A DNA stretch of 32,878 nt from an uncultured Clostridia bacterium. GTDB taxonomy: Bacteria; Bacillota; Clostridia; Lachnospirales; Anaerotignaceae. Where the stretch lies: contig CALASU010000178.1 in the NCBI GenBank assembly GCA_937888765.1, positions 1-32,878 of the forward strand, given 5' to 3'. The notes beneath the pieces are model-generated. The model was given only the letters and a program-made list of their open reading frames with translations. It was not told the origin of the DNA and made no database searches. Position 1 is the stretch's first letter. Each line of letters begins with the position of its first letter. Below are positions 1 to 7,685 of this stretch, one piece after another. Both the position numbers and the translations under genes were made by a program.

Positions 1-171
1 TAGATCATCACTATGGATATTTTTTTATTATTGCAACTTCATTTTACAATGTGCCTTTTATTTATTAACATTATAGTGCTAACATTTTGAAATAGCAAGT
101 TCACAGAATTTTCGTCATCCAGCACTATTATGATTCTACCTAATATATTGTAAAATATTTTAGAATAAATC

Positions 172-273
172 GAACTCTCCCTCAGAAACTGGGACCAGAT
201 TTATAGCAAACTACGCATTATAGAAAATAGATTACCAAAAAAAGAGTTTTCCTTGCGGAAAACTATATACTAA
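172..273 (+). mobile_element. IS256-family transposase extreme C-terminal remnant
   Basis: Manual translation from 181 gives LRNWDQIYSKLRIIENRLPK, resembling the IS256 C-terminus (..IRNWGQIYxxLxIxxExRLP). In-frame TAA at 166-168 upstream; no catalytic core or terminal IR recognised. Confidence 0.55.
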
Positions 274-328
274 AGTAACTTTTTTGCCCCCAGTAGAACT
301 AAGGATTTTGTTACGCTAAAGCTCCAAT

Positions 329-364
329 AAAAAGCAGGATCAGCGGAATTTCCGCCAATCCTGC
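329..364 (-). terminator. Rho-independent terminator after SWIM gene
   Basis: Minus strand GCAGGATTGGCGGAA-A-TTCCGCTGATCCTGC followed by TTTTT, about 95 bp after the stop at 460. Confidence 0.7.
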
Positions 365-459
365 AAACTTTAAGAACTGTATTCCCTTTTATATTTTGAG
401 ATTGTATCTTTTACTTCTATTTTATCTATACGCTTTCTTTCAGCAAAATATATTTCACA

Positions 460-2136
460 TCAAAATCCAGCTTTCTTCAATTCATCCATCATAGCCGGTC
501 TTCTTTTATATACCTGCCGCCATTCTTCAGCAATCCGCTGTACCTGTTCTTTTCCATCAGGATACTTTACAATTTTTTTCAGATACCGTATCAGACTCTG
601 ATATTCCTTCCGATTTGTTGTATGTACCGCTTGATTTTTAACATAATCAATATACAGATCTCTTGTTTCCTCCGGAAACTGTTTTTTCACCAGCTTTTCA
701 TACTGATCCAAAGCAAAGATACTGCCTGATACTGCAAGTTCCTGTAACAGACGCTCCACCAGTCCTTCTGCTGCCAATAACTGATATCTGATCATCCCCA
801 ATCGCTTTTCTGCCAAAATTTGTTCTCGCTGTAATTTCCATTCCTCTGTATCACATTCCGCTTTCAGTAATTCTATATAAGTCAGATTATGCTGTGTATG
901 CTTAAAAATATATTCCAGCAATTCTTTTTTATACGCATCCTTTTTTCCGGTTTTCTGATAAATTTCCATTAGCTGCTGACAATAATTCGCTGCCAAGCCC
1001 GGCAGTGCTTTATCCAGTACCTTACTTTCCTGCAATACATGAATCGCCTGATCATACGATTTCTTTCTTAGATGCTCCTCAATCTCCAATTTTCTGACTG
1101 CTGGCAAATAATGATATTTCTGCTGATATGCAGCCTGTTCCTGTTCGCTATACCCCAGTTCTTTCATAATCTGGAATCTTCTTTTCACATTTTTCTCGAA
1201 ATAATACCGCAAAAGATAAGAGGATTCCTGTTCCAACTCCTTCTCACTTTTTGCAATAATCGCATCCAGCAATTCTAATTTTTGCTGCAGCATTTCAGGT
1301 ACACGGAACTCTTGCATAAAAAAACGATCAATATCATCTTGCATATACGCCGCTTCACAGCATTGATACTGTTCTTTGAACCAACGGAACATCTGCATTT
1401 TCTGCTCCTGCTTACAGCGATGTATAATCCTCTCCCAGCAATCAAAGCAAACTGCTGCGATCTCCATCAATCCGCCATCAGAATCATCCATCGCCTGTTC
1501 TCCGGCAGAAAAAATAGCATAATTCGTCAATGCAAATGCCTCCATCAGATATCCTTTATCGATCAGAATCCTTACCTTTTCTTCCAGAAAATCCATTATC
1601 GCACAGGCATAGTCCCATGCATAAGCATAACTGATAAATCCATCACGATTTGTATGCTGATCAGCAATCTTATCTATTTCTTTTTTCAGTTTACGAATCT
1701 GCTTTTCATCAAACGTTTCTGCATATTCCATCAAGATACGATCTCTTATAGAATCATCTTGACGGGCAAGTTTTAACAGAAATTCCCGTAATTCTTTTTC
1801 CGGAATTTCCTTAACTGTTTCTTGCAGTTTCTGTTCAGGATTCGACTGTTTTTCTTCTTTCACTTTTGCCTCTTCCCGACTTTCTCTTTCGATCTGATAA
1901 AGCACAGCCGCCATATGTTTGCAGTGATTCCCCTCCTCTGCATGAGGACAGGTACAGAAAAGTTCTTCTATCTCATTGTCGAAAAGTATGATCTCCACCT
2001 CATACTCCTCACTGCCTTCCACAGTTGCCTCATAACCAAACTCTGTTTTTTCCAGAGAAATGACAGCTCCGCTTTGACAGTAGCCTAAGCCCCGTTCTAA
2101 AATCTGTTCTCTGAAAAGGTTCTTCCAATTTTTCAT
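460..2136 (-). CDS. SWIM zinc finger protein with helical C-terminal region
   Basis: 558 aa ORF; CTCPH..CKH SWIM motif, preceding ILERG..Y and V.GS..Y.V motifs, DDSDG motif typical of this family; GAAAGGG RBS. Confidence 0.9.
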   Translation of the reverse strand: MKNWKNLFREQILERGLGYCQSGAVISLEKTEFGYEATVEGSEEYEVEIILFDNEIEELFCTCPHAEEGNHCKHMAAVLYQIERESREEAKVKEEKQSNPEQKLQETVKEIPEKELREFLLKLARQDDSIRDRILMEYAETFDEKQIRKLKKEIDKIADQHTNRDGFISYAYAWDYACAIMDFLEEKVRILIDKGYLMEAFALTNYAIFSAGEQAMDDSDGGLMEIAAVCFDCWERIIHRCKQEQKMQMFRWFKEQYQCCEAAYMQDDIDRFFMQEFRVPEMLQQKLELLDAIIAKSEKELEQESSYLLRYYFEKNVKRRFQIMKELGYSEQEQAAYQQKYHYLPAVRKLEIEEHLRKKSYDQAIHVLQESKVLDKALPGLAANYCQQLMEIYQKTGKKDAYKKELLEYIFKHTQHNLTYIELLKAECDTEEWKLQREQILAEKRLGMIRYQLLAAEGLVERLLQELAVSGSIFALDQYEKLVKKQFPEETRDLYIDYVKNQAVHTTNRKEYQSLIRYLKKIVKYPDGKEQVQRIAEEWRQVYKRRPAMMDELKKAGF

Positions 2137-2205
2137 GTCGTATCATTCCCTTTCATAGCTATAGTATACTTTTACGATTCCTTCTGTTCCATAAATACAA
2201 ACAGG

Positions 2206-2448
2206 TTACACTTTCCCTGTACTAATCTCCACATTCTTACCGCTAAAAGCCACACCCAATTTCAAAATACGCTGTACTCCTTTTACACGCATTTCTGTAT
2301 CATATTTGCGTTCCAAAATCTGCTGTAAAGCCATTTCTGAAAGTTCTTTCAATTTCTCAGCAGAACCATTCTTGCCTGCTTTCAATTCGATCAGCACACC
2401 GGAGAACTTATCCTCTTTAGATAAAAATACATAAAAGTATTTTTCCAT
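2206..2448 (-). pseudogene. C-terminal fragment of AAA-ATPase/PD-(D/E)XK nuclease protein
   Basis: IELK..ALQQI..RKY..GVAFSGK is the C-terminal nuclease tail of this family; the several-hundred-residue N-terminal part is absent. Confidence 0.75.
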
Positions 2449-2459
2449 TTTTAGCTATA

Positions 2460-2624
2460 TCATATGCCATGGAAAAGCAAAAACGCGTTTATCGTGTTCT
2501 TTTCACGAGATTCCAGAATATATGATACAAATACATCCGGTGCTAAGTGTTTCCCTAATGCTTCCGCAATCTGACTGCGGCATGAATTATGTACACATAT
2601 GAACGCGACTTTCTTTTTTTCCAT
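2460..2624 (-). pseudogene. arsC: Truncated arsenate reductase / LMW phosphatase family gene (not in ORF track)
   Basis: Manual translation MEKKKVAFICVHNSCRSQIAEALGKHLAPDVFVSY then unrelated residues and TGA after 54 aa; CX5R P-loop; AGAGG RBS. Confidence 0.8.
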
Positions 2625-2660
2625 ACTATTTCCGCCTCTCTAACAAATTAAACCTTATCG

Positions 2661-2780
2661 GGGAAACTTTTTTCCTTGGAAAAAGTTTCCCTGTACCTTT
2701 TCAAAAAACCGCTTAGGAAAGTATGCGGGGCTTCGCTCCTGCCCCCCACAAGCCTTTAAAAAGGCTTGACCGAAACTTTT
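2661..2780. repeat. REP-like palindrome cluster
   Basis: Hairpins GGGAAACTTTTTTCC-TT-GGAAAAAGTTTCCC (2661-2691), GCGGGGC-TTC-GCTCCTGC (about 2725-2742) and CAAGCCTTT-AA-AAAGGCTTG (2749-2768). Confidence 0.65.
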
Positions 2781-3139
2781 TATTTGCCTTCGGCGATCAC
2801 TCGAATTGTTTCGGCAAAAACGAAGTTTCTGAAAACCACCAGATCATAATTTTCATAGATGTCTACATCCTCAAAATATTCATAGATAGACAGGCTCTGT
2901 TCTTCTTCCGACATAACCTGCGGAAGATAACCAAATATTCCCTTCTTCACTACTCTGCCGGTTCCATGTACATAGTCAGAAATCAATTCTTCATCTTACA
3001 GATACTTTAACAGCGTTGATTTGCCGTTCCCTTCCTCGCCAATGATAACAGCCTTGTCCCTTTCGCCTAAAGAAAAATCCTCTACCAGTAATCGGTTATC
3101 TTTCTGTAAATACAGGTTTACATTCTTTGTCTGCAGCAT
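2780..3139 (-). pseudogene. ABC ATP-binding protein (ABC-F-like) N-terminal fragment
   Basis: From ATG 3139 (GAAAGGGGG RBS): MLQTKNV..VIIGEEGNGKSTLLKYL* DEELISDY..GYLPQ. Walker A present, in-frame TAA at 2996-2998, truncated after about 119 codons. Confidence 0.8.
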
Positions 3140-3232
3140 GTGTGATCCCCCTTTCTGAAAAGATTCTTTTGTATACTCTCTATTATATCTCCCTTATATA
3201 AACTTGTCAGTAGTTGTATTGTATGACCGAAA

Positions 3233-3264
3233 AAAAACAATCGTAAATTTTTACGATTGTTTTT
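3233..3264. repeat. Perfect 15-bp inverted repeat
   Basis: AAAAACAATCGTAAA-TT-TTTACGATTGTTTTT; A/T runs on both sides, so it may be a bidirectional terminator or protein-binding site. Confidence 0.7.
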
Positions 3265-3553
3265 GTGATTGTTTTCGGTTGTATTTTTTTATAAAATCCA
3301 ATTATCAATTCATTTTTACAGAATCTGTCGTACCTATTGGCGTACTAAAGAGTATTCGAGTGCCAAAAAACCTTGATTTTCCGCCATTTCCGCGATTTTT
3401 AACAAAATCTTTTTCGCTATTTCTTCGCATATCCTGGCATAAATTCGCATATTTTGTCATTGGATTTTAGTAAGATTCTCAACTTTCCCAATAGCAAAGC
3501 TACTGCAAATAAAAAGACTACATCATGCAGTTCCAATGATATATCTTAAAATT

Positions 3554-4138
3554 TTAGTCCTGTTCTCTGAAAAATACTTCGCCTGTTTCCGCATTCATGC
3601 CATCCACAATCGCCAGAGATTCCAGATCATATCCTAAGTTTCTGATAACCGTACCACCGATCTGAAAGCCTTTTTCAATCGCAATGCCGATCCCTTCCAC
3701 AGTTGCACCAGCTTCTTTACAAATAGAAATCAGACCCTGTAAGGCATCCCCGTTTGCAAGGAAGTCATCAATCAACAAAACATGGTCTTTTTCGTTCAGA
3801 AATCTTTTGGACAAAATAACCTGATTGACTTTTTTATGTGTAAAAGAACTTACTTCTGCAACGTATACATCCCCATCAATATTGATGCTTTTTGCTTTTT
3901 TCGCAAACACGACAGGAACACCAAAATGCTGTGCAACAAGGCAGGCAATCCCGATGCCGGATGCTTCGATCGTCAGGATCTTATTGATATTTTTATCTGC
4001 AAAACGGCGTTTCCATTCTTTGCCCATTTCATTGATCAGGTCAATATCCATCTGATGATTCAGAAAACTGTCAACCTTCAGAACATTCCCTTCTTTTACA
4101 ATACCATCCTTTAAAATTCTTTCTTCCAGAAAATTCAT
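3554..4138 (-). CDS. xpt: Xanthine phosphoribosyltransferase
   Basis: [19 protein letters not shown] and PRPP-binding [10 protein letters not shown] motifs; 194 aa; AAGGAG RBS. Confidence 0.95.
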   Translation of the reverse strand: MNFLEERILKDGIVKEGNVLKVDSFLNHQMDIDLINEMGKEWKRRFADKNINKILTIEASGIGIACLVAQHFGVPVVFAKKAKSINIDGDVYVAEVSSFTHKKVNQVILSKRFLNEKDHVLLIDDFLANGDALQGLISICKEAGATVEGIGIAIEKGFQIGGTVIRNLGYDLESLAIVDGMNAETGEVFFREQD

Positions 4139-4180
4139 GACTGTACTCCTTCCCCCCTATATAATATACTATTAAAATTG

Positions 4181-4209
4181 ATTATACTAAAAAATCACAT
4201 TCTTATCAA
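4181..4209 (-). promoter_or_regulatory. Sigma-A promoter for xpt
   Basis: TTGATA-N17-TATAAT ending 42 bp upstream of the ATG. Confidence 0.6.
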
Positions 4210-4228
4210 CAAAAAGCGTCATATACCG

Positions 4229-4945
4229 TCACACGGAAGCAGAATTTTTTAATTTTTCTAATTCTTCCTTTGTATCAACATCAAATAATTCCAATTCATC
4301 CAGAACAAAAATCCTCTCTATTTTATTCTTATACTTTTCCAGAATATAAGAACCTCCTTTGCCCTCCGGAAGCTGTTTCAACTCCGCCATATACTCTTTC
4401 CCAAATAAAGCCGGCATTCCCTGTTTCTCTCCATAAGCCAATCGAAGGAGGTTTTTCCCTTCAAAAGAAAATGCATTCCGAAGCTTCAGCAAACTCTCAC
4501 GGCGGAGCATTGGCTGATCACAGGGACAGAATAAAATCCCCTCCATGTCTTCCATAAAGGTTGTACCAAGTCGAACAGTATCACTGCGCAAAGGCAGTTT
4601 ATGTAAGATCACATCGACATCTTTTTGTTTGCAGTATGCTGCCGCTTCCTCACTTCTTGTCACAACCACCCGTTTTGCAAAAACACCTTCCGTCAGTTCC
4701 AAAGCCGTCTGCAAAAATGACTTTCCGTTCCATTGGGCGCCGATTCTTTTTTCTGTCAGAGAAAAACCAAGAGCCTCCTCTGCTCGATTCACCATAGCAA
4801 TCGCCTTACTATAGGACAGATTCATTTTTGCCGCCGCCGCACGCAAAGAGCCGCTTTCTTCAATCCCGCGAAGCAATCTGTAAGGACCTTCTCCAAAAAA
4901 GCGTATGTCGTCTTTATATAGATAAATGGTTGTTGCCGCTCTCAT
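4229..4945 (-). pseudogene. In-frame deletion fusion of ModE-type wHTH and MocA/MobA-like nucleotidyltransferase
   Basis: N-terminus FFGEGPYRLLRGIEESGSLRAAA..SYSKA is ModE wHTH but stops at EKRIG before the GG.GGGG wing; it continues as AQWNGKSF..CPCDQP..GMPALFG..DVDT (MocA) lacking the LAAG.S.R..NKLL N-terminus. Likely start ATG 4945 after GGGAGG. Confidence 0.75.
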
Positions 4946-4947
4946 TT

Positions 4948-5118
4948 CTATCCCTCCCACAGTACCAACAAGTGGCGTATGCCTTTCTTATCCGGACATT
5001 CAATCAGAGAAATATCGCCATAAATTTCTTTCAGTGCCCCTTCCATGCTATCTATAGCATCTGCAAAAGGACGCAGTACACCGATACAGCGTCCCTCCTT
5101 CAGTAAAACAAGCTGTTC
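4948..5118 (-). pseudogene. C-terminal fragment of type II ABC transporter ATPase (not in ORF track)
   Basis: Manual translation EQLVLLKEGRCIGVL..ALKEIYGDI..VLWEG*; resembles the (D/E).lvll..G and l..iYg tail of FepC-like ATPases; no start codon. Confidence 0.6.
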
Positions 5119-5545
5119 ACGCCGCCTCTGTTTCCTCTACAGAAAGCAAGAGAATCTGCCTGTATAATAGAAATAGCGCACTCATACAGAGCACAGACAA
5201 CACAAACGGCAGCGGCAGTTTTTCCATAGTAATGCCATTCAGACTGCCCATAATCCAATATTCAATGGATGCCAGCTCTTTTTCGGGATCTGCCGCCAGT
5301 TTCAATAACATCAGTACCGTCTATGCAAGCGAATGAATAGCAATCCCCGCCAGAACAATCGACGCATTGCCTTTTGCGGGCGCAGCGGAAGTCAAAGCCA
5401 ATACCAACGCAACGGCAAGCATACTGCCGAAAAAGGCACTGCCCATAACAGCAAATGCAGCCCCTGTCAGAAACAGAATCGCAAAAGCCGCTCCCGCACT
5501 CGCACCCGAGGACACACCAATCATATCAGGTGATGCCAGAGGATT
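5117..5545 (-). pseudogene. FecCD/BtuC-family permease internal fragment
   Basis: NPLASPDMIGVSSGA..LAGIAIHSLA* TVLMLLK..YWIMGSL..LLSVEETEAA; in-frame TAG at 5321-5323; both ends missing. Confidence 0.85.
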
Positions 5546-5916
5546 ACCAGATCAGGGTTGATTGCCGCACATTTTTCAAGGTCAAACTCTTTTACTGTTC
5601 CTACTGTAGGCAGATGCAGGATTTCCGATGCACTCAGTTGATACACAGGTCTTTTTTCGGGTGTATTTTCCACACCGACTATTTTTTCTTCCTGTCCAAG
5701 CCCGATTAACATACTTGTTGTGATATAATACCCGCTGATGATCGTTTCGGGTTCTTCTTCTATGGTCACTTCGCGCCCCGCATGGTCTGTTAAAGTCATA
5801 GGGTATGCGCCGTCTGCTGCCTGCATTTTCTCCGCATGCTCTGTATTGCCGCCGCATGCTGTAATGGAAAAAATCAAAACGACTGCCATAAATAAGGCAT
5901 AGATTCTCTTTCTCAT
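5521..5916 (-). pseudogene. ABC substrate-binding lipoprotein (Peripla_BP_2-like), N-terminal third only
   Basis: Lipobox ITAC, TLTDHAGREVTI..P, DLEK..AINPDLVIL, then it runs out of frame into permease sequence. Confidence 0.85.
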
Positions 5917-6116
5917 GCTTTCTCTCCTTCTATCGGAATAAACAGGACTATATTTTCGCCACCGCAGATCATCCCTAATTCCACTTTATCTTTTTCACTC
6001 AGGTCATACGCTCAAATCATCGGCTCTGTGACAGACTGCGCCTGTCGAATCGCCGCATATTCCACAGCTCCGCCGCTAATGCTGTCAATCACTCTGTTTT
6101 CTCCCACAAATAGCAT
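5913..6116 (-). pseudogene. xdhC: XdhC/CoxI-domain remnant (not in ORF track)
   Basis: Manual translation MLFVGENRVIDSISGGAVEYAAI..MI* AYDLS..LGMICGGENIVLFIP; GG.VE and LGM.CGG signatures; in-frame TGA at 6012-6014; stop overlaps the SBP start (ATGA). Confidence 0.75.
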
Positions 6117-6159
6117 ACTTCCTACAATGTACATAAAAAGCAAAGAGGCATCACAGATA

Positions 6160-6282
6160 GAAAATTCCTTCATTTATCTCAAGAAAGAAGAAACAAATCG
6201 AAAAAAGTATCATTCTTTACAAGAATTACAGTTATCTATCTTCCACTCTATCGAAGGGTTTTATAACTCTAAAAGACCAGGC
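6160..6282 (+). mobile_element. IS3-family transposase C-terminal remnant
   Basis: ENSFIYLKKEETNRKKYHSLQELQLSIFHSIEGFYNSKRP matches the E.FF..LK.E ... YIE.FYN..R.H end of the IS3 integrase core. Confidence 0.75.
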
Positions 6283-6354
6283 ACTTTCTCCATACTCTTC
6301 CTATTCACTGATCCCTTATTTCTTTTTATCCATATCATATTTTAATCATCACTT

Positions 6355-6786
6355 TCACTCTACCAAATACACCGAAAACAGCAGCCCTATATTCTCTGTT
6401 GGTGCATATCTCATTCTTTTTTCTGCCTGTTCCAGTTCTTCTTCCGCATCATCCACCACAGCTGTAAATCGTTTCCCTGCATCCATCAGCCGCGCAATGG
6501 TTTCGTTTTTATAGCGGGAAATATACCCCAGTTTATCGTTTTCTGTCAGATAAACTGCCACTGCCCATTCATCATATTCATTTTCAGGTTCACGGAACAA
6601 CAGCAGTTCTGTCCCCGGCGTAATGGCGTCCAGTGTCTGTTTTTCCTCTTCGCTTTCGATATGAAACTGCATCCCCGCAAGTCCTGTTTTCAGCACCAAT
6701 ATCTGCTTTTCTTTGGGTTTTGCAGTATCTCGATTATAAAATCTTCCCCTGAATGATCCGGGGGCTTCCTGCATTGCCTTATTCAT
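6355..6786 (-). CDS. HIRAN domain protein
   Basis: LAGMQFH, L.REPENEYDEWAVAVY and KLGYISR HIRAN motifs; start overlaps upstream stop (ATGAATAA). Confidence 0.9.
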   Translation of the reverse strand: MNKAMQEAPGSFRGRFYNRDTAKPKEKQILVLKTGLAGMQFHIESEEEKQTLDAITPGTELLLFREPENEYDEWAVAVYLTENDKLGYISRYKNETIARLMDAGKRFTAVVDDAEEELEQAEKRMRYAPTENIGLLFSVYLVE

Positions 6787-7684
6787 TTACAGTCACCCTT
6801 TCTATCATTGTACGAATTTCTTCTGTTCGTCGCGCATATTCCTCTTTTGCCGTATACAGACGATGCTCCAGTTCTTTTTTATATTCTTCGATCTTTGCAG
6901 GGTCTTCCAGCATATCCGCCGCAGTATAAGGAAATTCCGCGCGAATCTCTTCCATCTCCTGCAGAACCATATCCACTTTCTGTTTATATTCTGCCCATTC
7001 TTCGCAGAGCACCGCTTCTTCCTGCGTAGATAAAAAACTATGATAAATCTGCTTTGCCAGCGTATAATCTGTCTGATTGATTTCTTCCGGTTTTTCTTCT
7101 TCAGCATCTGCTGAACTTACTTTCAGGCTCACAGTCAGTGTAATTGCAGCCCCTTCTTCATTTTTACTGCTTTGCAGCAGATCATAAATCAATTCCAGTG
7201 CTTTTTTGTCCCGACGGCGATACGCTTCCTGTGCTTTCTGAAACAATATTTTCTGTACCTCTGTTATCTCCGGATGCATCTGCGGATGAAATTCTTTTAC
7301 AATTTCGCGGTACAGTTCCTGCATTGCATCGAACTGTTCTGCAGACAGCTCTGCATAGTCCTGTCGTTCCGTATCCCCGACAGCCTCCTGATACAGTCGT
7401 TCTCTTTCCTGATCAATTTCTGCATCAATTGCCGCTTCATCAATCGGTTCTTTTCTGTTGATTGCCGCCTGAATCATGCGCTGTTTTTTCTCCAGCAATT
7501 CACACTCAATTTCCTGTCTGATGACTTCTTCTTCATAAGAGCCAATAGCTTTCATATATTCTCGTTCCAACCGAGGACCTTCTATGTATTGTAAGGTGTC
7601 CATCTGCTCATACAGACTCAGCAGCACACACTGCGAAGCAATTACTTCACTGCGAAGCCATAGTGTAAAAGTATGTTCACTCAT
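6779..7684 (-). CDS. Coiled-coil protein with internal J-domain-like segment (HPQ variant)
   Basis: ELYREIVKEFHPQMHPE..LFQKAQEAY resembles J-domain helix II-HPD-helix III; likely start ATG 7684 after GGAGG lying inside the end of the AAA gene (301 aa). Confidence 0.75.
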   Translation of the reverse strand: MSEHTFTLWLRSEVIASQCVLLSLYEQMDTLQYIEGPRLEREYMKAIGSYEEEVIRQEIECELLEKKQRMIQAAINRKEPIDEAAIDAEIDQERERLYQEAVGDTERQDYAELSAEQFDAMQELYREIVKEFHPQMHPEITEVQKILFQKAQEAYRRRDKKALELIYDLLQSSKNEEGAAITLTVSLKVSSADAEEEKPEEINQTDYTLAKQIYHSFLSTQEEAVLCEEWAEYKQKVDMVLQEMEEIRAEFPYTAADMLEDPAKIEEYKKELEHRLYTAKEEYARRTEEIRTMIERVTVNE

Positions 7685-7685
7685 A

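Noticed and set aside
65..82. CIRCE element
   Set aside because: TAGTGCTAA resembles a half site but the TTAGCACTC-N9 partner is absent; only an imperfect palindrome in AT-rich DNA.
2723..3010. 95-aa plus-strand ORF MRGFAPAPHK..
   Set aside because: Translation of the palindromic repeat plus antisense of the ABC pseudogene.
4139..4228. Purine riboswitch upstream of xpt
   Set aside because: Leader after the predicted -10 is only about 40 nt and lacks the aptamer core.
6012..6014. Selenocysteine TGA in the xdhC remnant
   Set aside because: Not at a Cys-equivalent position and the gene is truncated; nonsense mutation is simpler.
6028..6345. 105-aa plus-strand ORF as a real gene
   Set aside because: Chimera of xdhC antisense and the IS3 remnant; no RBS.
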